Positions 1 to 10,352 of a stretch of DNA of 64,000 bases are shown one piece after another. Under the pieces are notes generated by a model. That model did no database searches. It was not told the origin of the DNA and worked only from the letters and a program-made list of their open reading frames with translations. The translations under genes and the position numbers were made by a program. Each line of letters opens with the position of its first letter. Position 1 is the first letter of the stretch. Source of the DNA: an uncultured Bacteroidota bacterium (lineage in GTDB: Bacteria; Bacteroidota; Ignavibacteria; UBA10030; UBA6906); NCBI GenBank assembly GCA_963700635.1, contig CAVOYH010000004.1, positions 832,001-896,000 on the forward strand, read 5' to 3'.

Positions 1-1
1 G

Positions 2-898
2 GAATTAGAAACCGGAACCAAAGGCACGCACCGCAGGAGCGGCACCGTGGCAGTCTGGTCTATCCTTGGCGCCGTGTTTTGCTTCAGCGCGGCGCAGACG
101 ATCGCAGGGAATCCGTCGCACTGGCATACCGTTGATTCGTTGTTTGCTGCCTTTCTCTCGCTGGATGTCTGGCTCTCCATGATCTTTTTCCTTTCCGTAT
201 CCGCGGCACTGAGCGGGGCGGGTATTCTGCTGTTTCATCAAAAACATGCCGTGAGCCATAAAGCCGACGAGGGGTATACAGCGCACATTCAGCGCTCCAG
301 CATCCGTCTGTCGACGCTGGCTCTTCTGTGTGCGCCCGTCGTGCTCATCCTCACGCTGACGAGATTGCCGGATGGGGTGCTGTCAGGGTGGGTGTATGCC
401 CTCGCCGCCGTGGCCGTCCTCTCTTTCTTCGGATCACTGCACGGGCTCTACGCCTTCGTGCGGTTACGGCGTGTGACGGCGACAGAATATGCCTTTGCAG
501 CGATGATACTTGCGACAACGGCGCTTGTGACGAAGGATCAGGTCGTTTTGCACAACGCCACAAAGGTACGGTCGGTTGTCGTTGCTCAATCCTATGACAA
601 TTCCAAGGAGGCGCTTAAGAGTGCGCTGGGAGTAGCCGTCAAGCAGTTCACCGGCGAGGACATCTACAACGCACGGTGTTCTGCGTGCCACCTTTTTGAC
701 CAGAAGAAGGTGGGCCCTTCGTATAAAAGCGTGTTGCCAAAGTACCAGGGGAAAAAATCACAACTCGTTTCATTCATACTGAATCCCGGGAAGATTGACC
801 CGGATTATCCGCCCATGCCTTCCCAGGGACTCAAACCATCCGAAGCGGATTCGATTGCCACCTATCTCTTGAAGAAAGCAGAGCCGAAGGGATCGTGA
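2..898 (+). CDS. Membrane-anchored c-type cytochrome (multi-TM N-terminus, C-terminal monoheme domain); 5' end lies outside the window
   Basis: Frame is open from base 2; several hydrophobic helices, then CSACH (CxxCH), VGPSY and PPMP (likely axial Met); stop overlaps the ctaB start. Confidence 0.8.
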   Translation, partial: ELETGTKGTHRRSGTVAVWSILGAVFCFSAAQTIAGNPSHWHTVDSLFAAFLSLDVWLSMIFFLSVSAALSGAGILLFHQKHAVSHKADEGYTAHIQRSSIRLSTLALLCAPVVLILTLTRLPDGVLSGWVYALAAVAVLSFFGSLHGLYAFVRLRRVTATEYAFAAMILATTALVTKDQVVLHNATKVRSVVVAQSYDNSKEALKSALGVAVKQFTGEDIYNARCSACHLFDQKKVGPSYKSVLPKYQGKKSQLVSFILNPGKIDPDYPPMPSQGLKPSEADSIATYLLKKAEPKGS

Positions 899-1821
899 TG
901 AGGAGCCAGACGGAGACACAACCGGCGGGAGGGCGGAGCATCGTACGATCCCGGCAGACTTCCGCCGCGGGTTATCTGTCGCTCACAAAACCCGGCCTCA
1001 CGGGGATGTCTGTGGGGACTGCAGTTGCGGGAGCAATACTTGCCGCAGAGGGTTGGCAGGATTACGGACGGATTGTTGCCGTTGCGGTGGGGACGTTTCT
1101 TGTTGGTGGAGGGGCGGTGGCACTGAACCAGTACGCCGAACGGGCCTTTGATGCCCTTATGCACCGCACACGGCGCAGGCCGCTGCCTGCAGGGACCCTG
1201 ACTCCCAACCAGGGACTTGTCTTTGGGTTGGGCATTGCGCTTCTGGGCCTGTTGACGCTTGCGACGTTTACCACGACGCTTGCCGCCAGCCTGGCGGGAG
1301 GCACGATTACGATCTACCTCCTGGTGTACACCCCCTTAAAGCGGAAAACCCACCTGGCTACAGCCGTGGGCGGCATTCCAGGGGCAATCCCGCCGGTGAT
1401 CGGATGGGTTGCAATAACAGGTAGTATTAGCATCGAAGCCTACGTTCTTTTCCTCGTACTCTTCCTGTGGCAGATGCCGCATTTTCTGGCGCTGGGATGG
1501 ATGTACAGGGAAGACTACATGAGAGGAGGGTACCGGCTGCTCACGTCTCTGGATGCTACGGGGAAGATAACGAGCCGGATCATTCTGGTGTTTCTGTGGG
1601 CGTTGCTGCCCGCATCCATGCTCCCGTTCTTCTTGGGAATGGCCGGGAGCACGTTTCTTGCAGGTGTTTTTCTCGGGTGGATCCTTTTTGTGATCCCCTC
1701 GTACCGATTTCTGGCGGACGTGACCGAGAAACACGCCCGCGCCGTGTTCCTGGTTTCGCTTGCCTATATACCCCTCTTCTTCGGGCTATTCGCCCTCGAC
1801 CGTCTTTTACTCTACCTATAA
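898..1821 (+). CDS. ctaB: Protoheme IX farnesyltransferase (heme o synthase)
   Basis: Motifs YLSLTKP, NQYAERAFDALMHRTRRRPLPAG, YTPLKRKT, GAIPPVIGW, LWQMPHF, YREDY. Confidence 0.95.
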   Translation: MRSQTETQPAGGRSIVRSRQTSAAGYLSLTKPGLTGMSVGTAVAGAILAAEGWQDYGRIVAVAVGTFLVGGGAVALNQYAERAFDALMHRTRRRPLPAGTLTPNQGLVFGLGIALLGLLTLATFTTTLAASLAGGTITIYLLVYTPLKRKTHLATAVGGIPGAIPPVIGWVAITGSISIEAYVLFLVLFLWQMPHFLALGWMYREDYMRGGYRLLTSLDATGKITSRIILVFLWALLPASMLPFFLGMAGSTFLAGVFLGWILFVIPSYRFLADVTEKHARAVFLVSLAYIPLFFGLFALDRLLLYL

Positions 1822-1912
1822 TGCTGTTGGTAAGTGTGAGTTCAAGTGGTTGTCTGTCAAGACCTTACCCGGCAACACTACATGTATATTCTATACAATC
1901 CGCACTTGTCGA

Positions 1913-2728
1913 TCATTTTGTGATCACGCCAGATCTTACGACGAATTCTTTGAGAAGTCGTGAGAAGTGCTCCCTGACCTGATTGGCCACGATGGTCACC
2001 TCGGCGTGATCCAGCTTGGCGGAGCTTGTTCCGGTAGCTTTATTTGTTATGCAGGAGATCCCTGACACGCGCAGTCCCAGTGCGGCGGCAAGTGCCGTTT
2101 CCAGAACTGTTGACATCCCCACAGCATCCCCCCCGAGGCGGTAGAGCATTTCGACTTCCGCGGCCGTTTCATACGATGGGCCCTTAACGCCGGCATACAC
2201 GCCGGTGGCGACCCGCAAACCAAGATCAGCTGCGGTTCTGGTCAGGAGTGCGCACAAATCAGGATCATACAAACGATTCTCGCGGACTCTCGCCGGCACA
2301 TCGGGCGGCAGGGCCAGACCCGTCATGTTGATCTGGTCTGTGATCACCATGAGGTCTCCCGGTACAAGTCCCCGATGTATTCCTCCAGCGGCGTTGGTAA
2401 TCACCAACTGTGGAATTCCCAGGCCTGCCACAACCCTGACCGGGAAGAGGACAGTGTTCAGATCACCTGATTCATAAAAATGCGCACGCCCCTGTACTGC
2501 CAGCACGTTTCTGCTGCCTAACCGGCCGAACACAAGTTGGCCTTTATGTCCTTCCACGGTGGCGCCGGGGTAGAAGGGGATGCTGCCGGAAGGCACGACG
2601 GTGCGGTCTTCCAGCCCATCGGCGAAACTCCCGAGTCCGGAACCCAGGATAATCGCGACGTCGGGTGTACCGGAGATCCGTGTGCGGAGGAAGTGCACTG
2701 CTGCATCGATATGGGGCTGGGTGATCAT
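1913..2728 (-). CDS. punA: Purine nucleoside phosphorylase
   Basis: IILGSGLG, QGRAHFYE, ITNAAGG, GPSYETAAE, DAVGMSTV; ATG at 2728 overlaps the nupC stop (ATGA). Confidence 0.93.
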   Translation of the reverse strand: MITQPHIDAAVHFLRTRISGTPDVAIILGSGLGSFADGLEDRTVVPSGSIPFYPGATVEGHKGQLVFGRLGSRNVLAVQGRAHFYESGDLNTVLFPVRVVAGLGIPQLVITNAAGGIHRGLVPGDLMVITDQINMTGLALPPDVPARVRENRLYDPDLCALLTRTAADLGLRVATGVYAGVKGPSYETAAEVEMLYRLGGDAVGMSTVLETALAAALGLRVSGISCITNKATGTSSAKLDHAEVTIVANQVREHFSRLLKEFVVRSGVITK

Positions 2729-4080
2729 CCGAAGAAAATACCGGCCATCGCCGCAGCTGAAAGATTTGCGAGAGTTCCCCCGAGAACTGCCTTCAGGCCG
2801 AGGGCTGCAAGGTCTTTGCGCCGTTCGGGCGCCAGCGGACTGATGCCGCCTATTTGAATTGCTATGGAGGAGAAGTTGGCGAATCCGCACATGGCGAATG
2901 CCGCCATGAAGATCGCCTTGTCGGTGGAGAGGATGCCTTCCGCGATCATCCTGGAGAGATCCAGGTACCCGACAAATTCGTTCAGGACAATCTTGGTTCC
3001 GATAAGTGATCCAAAATTGAGGGCATCAGCCCAGGGCACGCCGATGGCGAAGGCCAGGAGCTGGAAAATGAGTCCGAAAAGGAGTTCAAGCGAAAGGGAG
3101 CGGCCGTAGGAGGCAGTCAGGATGGTGTTGAGTCCGGTGATGTCCCCCAGACCGGTCAGAAGGTAGTTCACGAGGGCAATAAGCGCTATAAACGCGAGCA
3201 GCATAGCGCCGACATTGAGTGCGAGGTGAAGTCCGTCCGATGCCCCGGCGGCGGCGGCCTCAATGACGTTGGAAGAGGTACGTTCAATTTTTACTTTTAC
3301 CGCGCCTTTGGTTTCCGGGTCCCCGGTTTCGGGGAAGAGGATCTTTGCGATGGCCAGTCCGGCAGGTGCTGCCATGATACTTGCGCCGAGAAGCTGTGCT
3401 GCAAACCGTGCCTGGCCGACATCCAGAGGAAGCCCGTGCTTCTGGGAATATGCATAGCCCAGCATCTGCACGTACGCAGCCAGCACGCCACCGGCAATCG
3501 TGCACATTCCCCCGACCATGATTGTCAGGAGTTCAGAGTTTGTCATTCCCTTGAGAAACGGCCGGATCATCAGGGGAGCTTCCGTTTGCCCGACGAAAAT
3601 ATTTGCGGTGTTGGACAATGATTCCGCGCCGCTTGTGCCCATGACGCGCGACATGATCCATGCCATGCCCTGGACGATGCGTTGCATTACGCCGAGGTAG
3701 TAGAGCACGGACATCAGGGAGGCAAAGAAGATGATGGTGGGGAGGACCTGGAACGCAAAGAAGAAGCCGAGGTTTCCTTCCGTGCCCGGGCCGACGGCGA
3801 GGTCGCCGAACACGAATTTCGCCCCCTCAGTGGTAAACCCGAGAATGCGCACAAACCCGTAGCTGATCCACTCAAAGGAGAGTTTGACCCACCCGAGCGG
3901 GGCAAAGAATTCCCCGAGGGCTTCACCTTCCAGCACAAAAATGGCAAAGACAAATTGCAGACCGAATCCGGCGGAGACGAGGCGCCAGTTGACTTTCCGG
4001 CGGTTGTTGGAAAACAGTAACGCGATCCCCACGAGGAAGAGAAGGCCGAAGGCGCCATGCGCCAGAGAGAGGATAGACAT
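2725..4080 (-). CDS. nupC: Concentrative nucleoside transporter (CNT/NupC family)
   Basis: FAFQVLPTIIFF, NIFVGQTEAPL, TKIVLNEFVGY, GFANFSSIAIQIGG. Confidence 0.93.
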   Translation of the reverse strand: MSILSLAHGAFGLLFLVGIALLFSNNRRKVNWRLVSAGFGLQFVFAIFVLEGEALGEFFAPLGWVKLSFEWISYGFVRILGFTTEGAKFVFGDLAVGPGTEGNLGFFFAFQVLPTIIFFASLMSVLYYLGVMQRIVQGMAWIMSRVMGTSGAESLSNTANIFVGQTEAPLMIRPFLKGMTNSELLTIMVGGMCTIAGGVLAAYVQMLGYAYSQKHGLPLDVGQARFAAQLLGASIMAAPAGLAIAKILFPETGDPETKGAVKVKIERTSSNVIEAAAAGASDGLHLALNVGAMLLAFIALIALVNYLLTGLGDITGLNTILTASYGRSLSLELLFGLIFQLLAFAIGVPWADALNFGSLIGTKIVLNEFVGYLDLSRMIAEGILSTDKAIFMAAFAMCGFANFSSIAIQIGGISPLAPERRKDLAALGLKAVLGGTLANLSAAAMAGIFFG

Positions 4081-4136
4081 GTCGTGCGAGTCAGTAGTGG
4101 AAAGAGAGTGGGTGTCCGGGTCCGGAAACCCTTGCG

Positions 4137-4718
4137 CTAGTCACCGGGCGCTGGCGGCTGAAAACAGCGCCGGCACCGTGCTTCGTAAAGATCCTTCGCC
4201 CCGACCAGGACCCGCTCACTGGATTGTGTGATGCGCTGCGTCCGGTCCGCAGGATTCCCGCACACCATACAAATGGCGAGCGTTTTGGTGATGTACTCGG
4301 CAACAGCCAGAAGCTGGGGCATCGGTTCAAACGGTTTGCCCCGGTAATCCTGGTCCAAACCCGCAATGATCACACGCTTCCCTTCATTGGCAAGCTGATC
4401 CGCAACTTCGACGATCGTCATGTCAAAAAACTGCGCTTCATCAATGCCGACCACCTGCGCGTTCCGGACGAGCGGGAGGATGTCGGCGGGGTGATCTACC
4501 ATCGTGGACGGAATTTTGAGATCGCTGTGTGAAACGATGTGATCGTTGCTGTACCGGGTGTCGATGCGGGGCTTGAATATCTCAACCTCCTGGCGGGCAA
4601 TCTGTGCCCGGCGGAGGCGCCGGATCAATTCTTCCGTTTTGCCGCTGAACATACACCCTGCAATCACTTCAATCCAGCCGGTAGTGCGCGGTGAATCGTG
4701 AAACGTGGGCATGGTCAT
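4137..4718 (-). CDS. tdk: Thymidine kinase
   Basis: [12 protein letters not shown]-loop, IDEAQFF, AGLDQDY, Zn ligands CMVC and RCRRC. Confidence 0.96.
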   Translation of the reverse strand: MTMPTFHDSPRTTGWIEVIAGCMFSGKTEELIRRLRRAQIARQEVEIFKPRIDTRYSNDHIVSHSDLKIPSTMVDHPADILPLVRNAQVVGIDEAQFFDMTIVEVADQLANEGKRVIIAGLDQDYRGKPFEPMPQLLAVAEYITKTLAICMVCGNPADRTQRITQSSERVLVGAKDLYEARCRRCFQPPAPGD

Positions 4719-5128
4719 GGTTTGGTGCGCCGGACATTCTTGAGGTTTTTACCCCCGAAAGGGTAGGGAAGGAGTTCGGTGAGTTTATGAATTTTTAGCG
4801 CGCCGGTTTCTGTTGAGAGAATCACATCCACATCGCCTGCGAGGTCCATCATCACCTGCCTGCAGGCTCCACAGGGCGGGGTGGCCTTTTTCTCGTCGGA
4901 TGCGATCGCAAGAGCCACGAACGACGTTTCCCCTTCTGAGACTGCTTTGAACAATGCAGTCCGTTCGGCACATACCGTCAGTCCGTAGGAACTATTCTCA
5001 ATATTACACCCGGTGTACACCTTGCCACTGCGTGTAAGCACCGCTGCCCCTACCCGGAAACGGGAGTACGGGGAATGTGAGTGGCGCTTGGCGGCTCTGG
5101 CCCGCGAAACGAGTGTGCGGTAGTTCAT
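4715..5128 (-). CDS. cdd: Cytidine deaminase
   Basis: [30 protein letters not shown]. Confidence 0.96.
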   Translation of the reverse strand: MNYRTLVSRARAAKRHSHSPYSRFRVGAAVLTRSGKVYTGCNIENSSYGLTVCAERTALFKAVSEGETSFVALAIASDEKKATPPCGACRQVMMDLAGDVDVILSTETGALKIHKLTELLPYPFGGKNLKNVRRTKP

Positions 5129-5154
5129 TCTGCTCCGGTGTGGAACGTTTTACA

Positions 5155-5183
5155 AATATATCGAAAGGGGCCCAGATAAGCAA
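5155..5183 (-). promoter_or_regulatory. Putative sigma70-type promoter of the cdd-tdk-nupC-punA operon
   Basis: Minus strand TTGCTT (5183-5178), 17 bp, TATATT (5160-5155). Confidence 0.6.
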
Positions 5184-5247
5184 ACAAGGAGAAGCCCGGG
5201 AAGGGGATGCCGACGCGCGGGGGAGGATTGGCGGTATGAGGAGGAAC

Positions 5248-6483
5248 TCAGGCGGGCCTGAGCTCGATGCGGGTGAGTTCGGGCGGACAGTTGATACGCA
5301 CGGGGATCCCGACTGTCCCGACGCCGCGCGACACGTACATTTGCGTCTTTCCCTGCCGGTACAGGCCCCACACAAAGGGAGAAGCCAATGCAGCCGGAGT
5401 CAATATAGTGTCGGCAAATTTTCCGAACACAACCTGTCCGCCATGCGTGTGACCGCTCAGCATCACATCGATATTCCGTGTTGCGGCCTCATCCAGGAAA
5501 TACGGACGGTGATTCATGAGGATAGAAGGCCCTTCCGTCGGGATACTCGCCAGCGCCGTGTCCATGCGCCTACCGGCGGCCGGAGCGTTGCCAACGTCGT
5601 CAATTCCGAGAAGGCGGATGGATGATTTTCCGCGCCTGATGATCCGCCCCTCATCCCTGAGAATCTGCACCCCGGCCTGTGCTGAGACCTCCGCGATACG
5701 GTCCGGTTCACGGGAATAGAAATCGTGGTTGCCGAGAACACCATACACGCCATCCCGGGTGCGCAGGCCGCTGAATGCGTCGGCAAACGGGAGCACCTCA
5801 TCACCCGCTCCGTTCACAATATCTCCGCCTACCACAACCAGATCAACGCCCATGGCATTGAGCATGCGGACATATTCATCCATGTCCCTCTTCAGCATGT
5901 ACATGCTCGAATGGATGTCCGTCACAAGCCCGATACTGTATCCGGAGAATTCAAGGGGAAGCCCGGGTACGAGGAGTGTTTCCTGATTAATCTCGCACCC
6001 GTGCTTCTCAACGATCATTCCATACGCCGTCGCTCCAAACGATGCTGCCGTGAGTCCGTACACGCTGCGCCGGAGAAAAACCCGCCTTGACTGATCAAAG
6101 CGCTGGAGTGACGGTCGGGAACGGAACGTCGACAACCCGTCCCGGGTGGCTGGAAGCCGCTTTAACCCTGCCCAGATTCCCCGGAAAGGGAGTTTGAACA
6201 ATGCGACGATCAGCAGCGCAAATCCGAGCACAAAGGTCGCCGAGTGCCACCAGTAAAACGGGTAGACGGCGCTGTAGATGAACCACTCCGGAAACGTGAC
6301 ATCCCGCACCCTGAATATCGCAATGAGGAGCAGGGCCACGTTAAAAACAACAAACGTGACAAGCACAGGCCAGCGCATCCGCTTGAAGACGCCTGCATGG
6401 TTCGCTGACCACTTCCAGAAGCGGCGCAGGAGGTATGCCTGGAGGGCTAGGATAAGGATCGGTATGATGAGTCTGAAGAGCAT
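5248..6483 (-). CDS. Membrane-anchored metallophosphoesterase (YkuE/YaeI-like, calcineurin-like family)
   Basis: TDIH, GGDIVN, GNHD, NHRP, GHTHGGQ, VSRGVG, CPPE motifs after N-terminal TM helices. Confidence 0.9.
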   Translation of the reverse strand: MLFRLIIPILILALQAYLLRRFWKWSANHAGVFKRMRWPVLVTFVVFNVALLLIAIFRVRDVTFPEWFIYSAVYPFYWWHSATFVLGFALLIVALFKLPFRGIWAGLKRLPATRDGLSTFRSRPSLQRFDQSRRVFLRRSVYGLTAASFGATAYGMIVEKHGCEINQETLLVPGLPLEFSGYSIGLVTDIHSSMYMLKRDMDEYVRMLNAMGVDLVVVGGDIVNGAGDEVLPFADAFSGLRTRDGVYGVLGNHDFYSREPDRIAEVSAQAGVQILRDEGRIIRRGKSSIRLLGIDDVGNAPAAGRRMDTALASIPTEGPSILMNHRPYFLDEAATRNIDVMLSGHTHGGQVVFGKFADTILTPAALASPFVWGLYRQGKTQMYVSRGVGTVGIPVRINCPPELTRIELRPA

Positions 6484-6622
6484 AGTCTGTAGTGTTGTGT
6501 GTACAGATATTAACGCCATGGGAGACACTTAAGTTTCATGAAAGGTATCCAATTTTAAGGGAAATTGACCGTTTGTCGGCATCCCCGGACCCTGCGCTCC
6601 CCGTACGGGCGCGTCGGAATGC

Positions 6623-6651
6623 TTGTGAGTCAGCCCCGTGTTCACTATATT
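6623..6651 (+). promoter_or_regulatory. Putative promoter of the PASTA gene and rpe
   Basis: TTGTGA (6623-6628), 17 bp, TATATT (6646-6651); ATG 11 nt downstream. Confidence 0.45.
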
Positions 6652-6662
6652 GGAGCACATTT

Positions 6663-7454
6663 ATGAACTTCGTTTCCAAGATATTGATCGCCCTGTACCG
6701 TTCCGCGTTTGTGAAGCGGATCCTCGTGGCAGGGGGTAGCCTCCTCGGCATATTTGTCCTGATGAACTACATCGTCCTCCCGCTCTATGTGAATCATGCG
6801 GGCCGCATCGCTGTTCCCAGCGTCATCGGGATGCAGAAGGATGATGCCATCCGGCTGCTTGAGTCATCCGGGTTCCGGGCCGTAGAGGCGGACACCCGCC
6901 CGGATCCGGAGCACCCGATAGGTGTGGTGATCCAGCAGAACCCGCCTGCCAATGCTGTCGTGAAGGAGGGGAGAAGAATTTATCTTAGTCTGAGTGGAGG
7001 CGAAATTCAGGTCCCCGTTCCATCACTCCGCGGGCGCTCCCTTCGGGATGCCCGCTTTGCGCTTGAACGGCAGGGTCTGAAACTGGGGACAGTCGGGTTT
7101 AACTCTTCCGATTCGTACCCCGAAAACACCATTATTGAGCAGTCCATTGCGCCGGATTCCAGAGTGTCAAAGGGCACCGAGGTGCATATCACAGTAAGTC
7201 AGGGCCGACTCCTGGGCGTCACGCATGCACCGCTGATAATCGGGAAGACGCTGGGGGAAGCCCGTACGATCCTGGAATCCGACGGTTTCCGACTCGGCGT
7301 CATCACGTATCAGCAAAGTTTTGACCTGGTGCCCAACACCGTGGTTGACCAATATCCCCGTCCGGGGGATGTGTTGGGCCCGGGGCAGGCGATAGATTTG
7401 TTCGTGGTAAAGACCGGACGTCCGGCCGAAGAATTTCAAACTCCCCCGCACTAA
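6663..7454 (+). CDS. PASTA domain protein (N-terminal TM plus three PASTA repeats)
   Basis: VPSVIG..., VPSLRG..., APLIIG... repeats with V(I)xQxP motifs; directly upstream of rpe. Confidence 0.88.
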   Translation: MNFVSKILIALYRSAFVKRILVAGGSLLGIFVLMNYIVLPLYVNHAGRIAVPSVIGMQKDDAIRLLESSGFRAVEADTRPDPEHPIGVVIQQNPPANAVVKEGRRIYLSLSGGEIQVPVPSLRGRSLRDARFALERQGLKLGTVGFNSSDSYPENTIIEQSIAPDSRVSKGTEVHITVSQGRLLGVTHAPLIIGKTLGEARTILESDGFRLGVITYQQSFDLVPNTVVDQYPRPGDVLGPGQAIDLFVVKTGRPAEEFQTPPH

Positions 7455-7465
7455 CAGGCGTCATC

Positions 7466-8161
7466 ATGATACGGATTGCTCCGTCCATATTAACGTCGGA
7501 CTTCGCCCGTCTGGAGAACCAGGTGGCTGCTCTGGAGAAGGGGGGGGCGGACTGGATTCATCTCGACGTTATGGACGGTGTGTTCGTTCCCAACCTGACC
7601 TTCGGCCCCCCCGTCATTGCGGCGGTGCGGAAGGTGACGCGTCTCCCGCTTGACGCACACCTGATGATCGTCGATCCGGACCGCTGGATCGAAACGTACA
7701 GGGCTGCGGGGGTGGACAAGATAACCGTACACGCCGAAGCATGCCCCCATTTGCATCGCACCATACACCGGATCCGGGAAGCAGGCGCAGAGGTTGGTGT
7801 CAGCGTGAATCCCGCAACACCACTCTCCGTGCTTGAGGAGATTCTCGGCGACGTGGATCTGGTGCTGATCATGTCTGTGAACCCGGGATTCGGAGGACAG
7901 ACGTTTATCCCTGGCACAGTATCGCGCATCCGGCGGCTCGCCGCCATGATTCTTGAGCACCGGAGCAGCGCGGTAATTCAGGTGGATGGCGGGATTGACG
8001 CGGAGACATCACGTCAGGTCGCTGCCGCGGGCGCAAACGTCCTTGTTGCCGGAAGTTATATCTTTTCTGCACCCTCCATTCCGGATGCCATCAGGACACT
8101 GCGGCGCTCTGCTGCAGATGGCGCCGGCACAAGGCCGGGATCTACTCTGAAGAACGTGTAA
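7466..8161 (+). CDS. rpe: Ribulose-phosphate 3-epimerase
   Basis: IAPSIL, HLDVMDGVFVPN, DAHLMI, MSVNPGFGGQ, VDGG, VAGS. Confidence 0.97.
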   Translation: MIRIAPSILTSDFARLENQVAALEKGGADWIHLDVMDGVFVPNLTFGPPVIAAVRKVTRLPLDAHLMIVDPDRWIETYRAAGVDKITVHAEACPHLHRTIHRIREAGAEVGVSVNPATPLSVLEEILGDVDLVLIMSVNPGFGGQTFIPGTVSRIRRLAAMILEHRSSAVIQVDGGIDAETSRQVAAAGANVLVAGSYIFSAPSIPDAIRTLRRSAADGAGTRPGSTLKNV

Positions 8162-8262
8162 GACCACAGCTGCGCAGACCGGAAGGGGATCCGGCCCACC
8201 CGGATGCCCACCCCCGCCCCCGGTACACCCGCGATTTTCTTTTGTTCCTGCCGACATTGTAC

Positions 8263-8291
8263 TTGACTTTCACTGTTCCTGCCGTTATATT
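8263..8291 (+). promoter_or_regulatory. Putative sigma70-type promoter of lrp-glnA
   Basis: TTGACT (8263-8268), 17 bp, TATATT (8286-8291). Confidence 0.65.
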
Positions 8292-8344
8292 TAAACCTTC
8301 CAATATGAAATACCTTAATTAGTAAGGCAAACGGCAAACACAGC

Positions 8345-8821
8345 ATGCTAGACGAAATTGATCTGACACTCCTTCGTATCCTTCAGGAAGAGGGAAGAAC
8401 CCGCCGGAATGACCTGGCGGAGGCGGTTGGACTGTCGCTCCCGTCGGTCAGCGAGCGGCTCCGTAAACTGGAGGAGGCGCGTATCATCACCGGGTATCAT
8501 GCAACCGTGGACCACAAGCGGCTGGGCAATGATATCACTACGTTCATCATTGTGACCGTCGATTCTTCGCGGCACTACAATAATTTTCTGGAGCATGCCC
8601 GTGCACTGGATGAAATCATGGAATGCCATGCCATCACCGGTGACGGCACGCACCTCCTCAAGGTGCGGACCTGTAATACTGCTTCGCTTGAAAAACTCCT
8701 TGCGCGGATTCAAACCTGGACGGGAGTAGTCCGGACGCATACCCAGCTGGTACTCTCGACGTCAAAAGAGACCGCCCGAATAAAATTCTTTCTCCCCACA
8801 CCCACAACTACAAAAGGATAA
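8345..8821 (+). CDS. Lrp/AsnC family transcriptional regulator
   Basis: [41 protein letters not shown] domain. Confidence 0.93.
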   Translation: MLDEIDLTLLRILQEEGRTRRNDLAEAVGLSLPSVSERLRKLEEARIITGYHATVDHKRLGNDITTFIIVTVDSSRHYNNFLEHARALDEIMECHAITGDGTHLLKVRTCNTASLEKLLARIQTWTGVVRTHTQLVLSTSKETARIKFFLPTPTTTKG

Positions 8822-8826
8822 GCTCC

Positions 8827-10260
8827 ATGGCAAAGGCAGCGGCGTCGAACGCCATCGGTCGTGTCTTCAAAACGATAAAAGATGAAAGCGTGACCATGAT
8901 CGACTTCAAGTTCATGGATTTTCCAGGGCAATGGCAGCACTTCTCGGTCCCGGTCGGGCAGCTCCAGGAGTCAAGTTTTGAAGATGGCTTTGGCTTTGAC
9001 GGGTCCAGCATCAGAGGATGGAAGGCCATCAACGAAAGTGACATGCTCTTGATCCCGGATGCCGAGACGGCTTTTATCGACCGGTTTATTGAAGAGAAGA
9101 CACTCAGTCTGATCTGTGATGTGTTTGATCCAATGACAAAAGAGAAGTACGAGCGATGCCCCCGGAATATCGCGCAAAAAGCCGAGGCGTTCCTGAAATC
9201 GACCGGCATTGCCGATGTCTGCTACTTCGGAGCGGAAGCCGAGTTTTTCATTTTTGATGACGTCCGTTTTGATACCAACGAACACAGCAGCTACCATTAC
9301 GTGGATTCCGTGGAGGGCCGCTGGAATTCCGGCCGGGAGGAAATGCCGAACCTGGGTTACAAGCCGCGTTATAAAGAAGGCTATTTCCCGGTTCCCCCCA
9401 CAGACCATCTGCAGGATCTGCGGAACGAAATGACAAAGAACTTGCTCGCGGTGGGACTGCCTGTCGAAGCCCAGCATCATGAAGTGGCCACTGCCGGACA
9501 ATCGGAGATTGACCTGCGGTTTGCACCACTCCTGAAGAGCGCTGACGACATGTTACTCTTCAAGTACATCATCAAGAACACCGCGCGGATGCGGGGGCGG
9601 ACGGTTACCTTCATGCCGAAACCCATCTTCGGCGACAACGGTTCAGGCATGCATGTCCACCAGAGCCTCTGGAAAGACGGCAAGCCGCTCTTCTACGGGA
9701 ACCGGTACGCAAACCTGAGCGAGATGGCGCTGCACTACATCGGGGGATTGCTGAAACATGCACCGGCGTTGTGTGCGATCACGAACCCCACAACAAATTC
9801 CTACAAAAGGCTCGTGCCGGGCTTTGAAGCGCCGGTAAACCTCGCCTATTCCCAGCGTAACCGGAGTGCATCGGTGCGAATCCCGATGTATTCGCCCAAT
9901 CCGAAGGCCAAACGCGTGGAGTTCCGGTGCCCCGATCCCGCCTGCAACCCGTACCTCGGGTTCTCCGCGCTGTTGCTGGCCGGGCTTGACGGGGTGATGA
10001 ACAAGATTGATCCGGGAGAACCGCTGGACAAGGACATCTATGACATGGAGCCGGAGGAGCTGAAGAACGTGCCTTCAACCCCGGGATCCCTGGAGGAAGC
10101 CCTCCATGCGCTCGAACGGGATCATGACTTTCTCCTGCGCGGCGATGTGTTCACCGAAGACGTGATCCAGGCGTGGATCGGGTACAAGATGGACAAAGAG
10201 GTCAAACCCATGGCCTTGCGTCCGCACCCGTACGAATTCGGACTCTACTACGACGTCTGA
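8827..10260 (+). CDS. glnA: Glutamine synthetase type I
   Basis: [54 protein letters not shown]; DKDIYD matches the adenylylation loop. Confidence 0.98.
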   Translation: MAKAAASNAIGRVFKTIKDESVTMIDFKFMDFPGQWQHFSVPVGQLQESSFEDGFGFDGSSIRGWKAINESDMLLIPDAETAFIDRFIEEKTLSLICDVFDPMTKEKYERCPRNIAQKAEAFLKSTGIADVCYFGAEAEFFIFDDVRFDTNEHSSYHYVDSVEGRWNSGREEMPNLGYKPRYKEGYFPVPPTDHLQDLRNEMTKNLLAVGLPVEAQHHEVATAGQSEIDLRFAPLLKSADDMLLFKYIIKNTARMRGRTVTFMPKPIFGDNGSGMHVHQSLWKDGKPLFYGNRYANLSEMALHYIGGLLKHAPALCAITNPTTNSYKRLVPGFEAPVNLAYSQRNRSASVRIPMYSPNPKAKRVEFRCPDPACNPYLGFSALLLAGLDGVMNKIDPGEPLDKDIYDMEPEELKNVPSTPGSLEEALHALERDHDFLLRGDVFTEDVIQAWIGYKMDKEVKPMALRPHPYEFGLYYDV

Positions 10261-10282
10261 TCCCCGCGAGGGGCAGTCAGGT

Positions 10283-10325
10283 CGGGTGCCCGCGCGCTAT
10301 CGGCGGGCGCCCGTCCCTTGTTTTT
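10283..10325 (+). terminator. Probable intrinsic terminator after glnA
   Basis: CGGGTGCCCGC / GCGGGCGCCCG stem followed by TCCCTTGTTTTT. Confidence 0.55.
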
Positions 10326-10346
10326 CCCGCATAATCTCGCTATGTT
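10318..10346 (+). promoter_or_regulatory. Putative promoter giving a leaderless enoyl-CoA hydratase mRNA
   Basis: TTGTTT (10318-10323), 17 bp, TATGTT (10341-10346); ATG 6 nt downstream, no SD. Confidence 0.45.
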
Positions 10347-10352
10347 CGCTGT

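Noticed and set aside
1872-1899. Second dif-like sequence (GCAACACTACA-TGTATA-TTCTATACAAT) in the AT-rich gap between ctaB and punA
   Set aside because: The spacer matches but the XerD arm is only 7/11 and the XerC arm lacks ATAA; far weaker than 36891-36918
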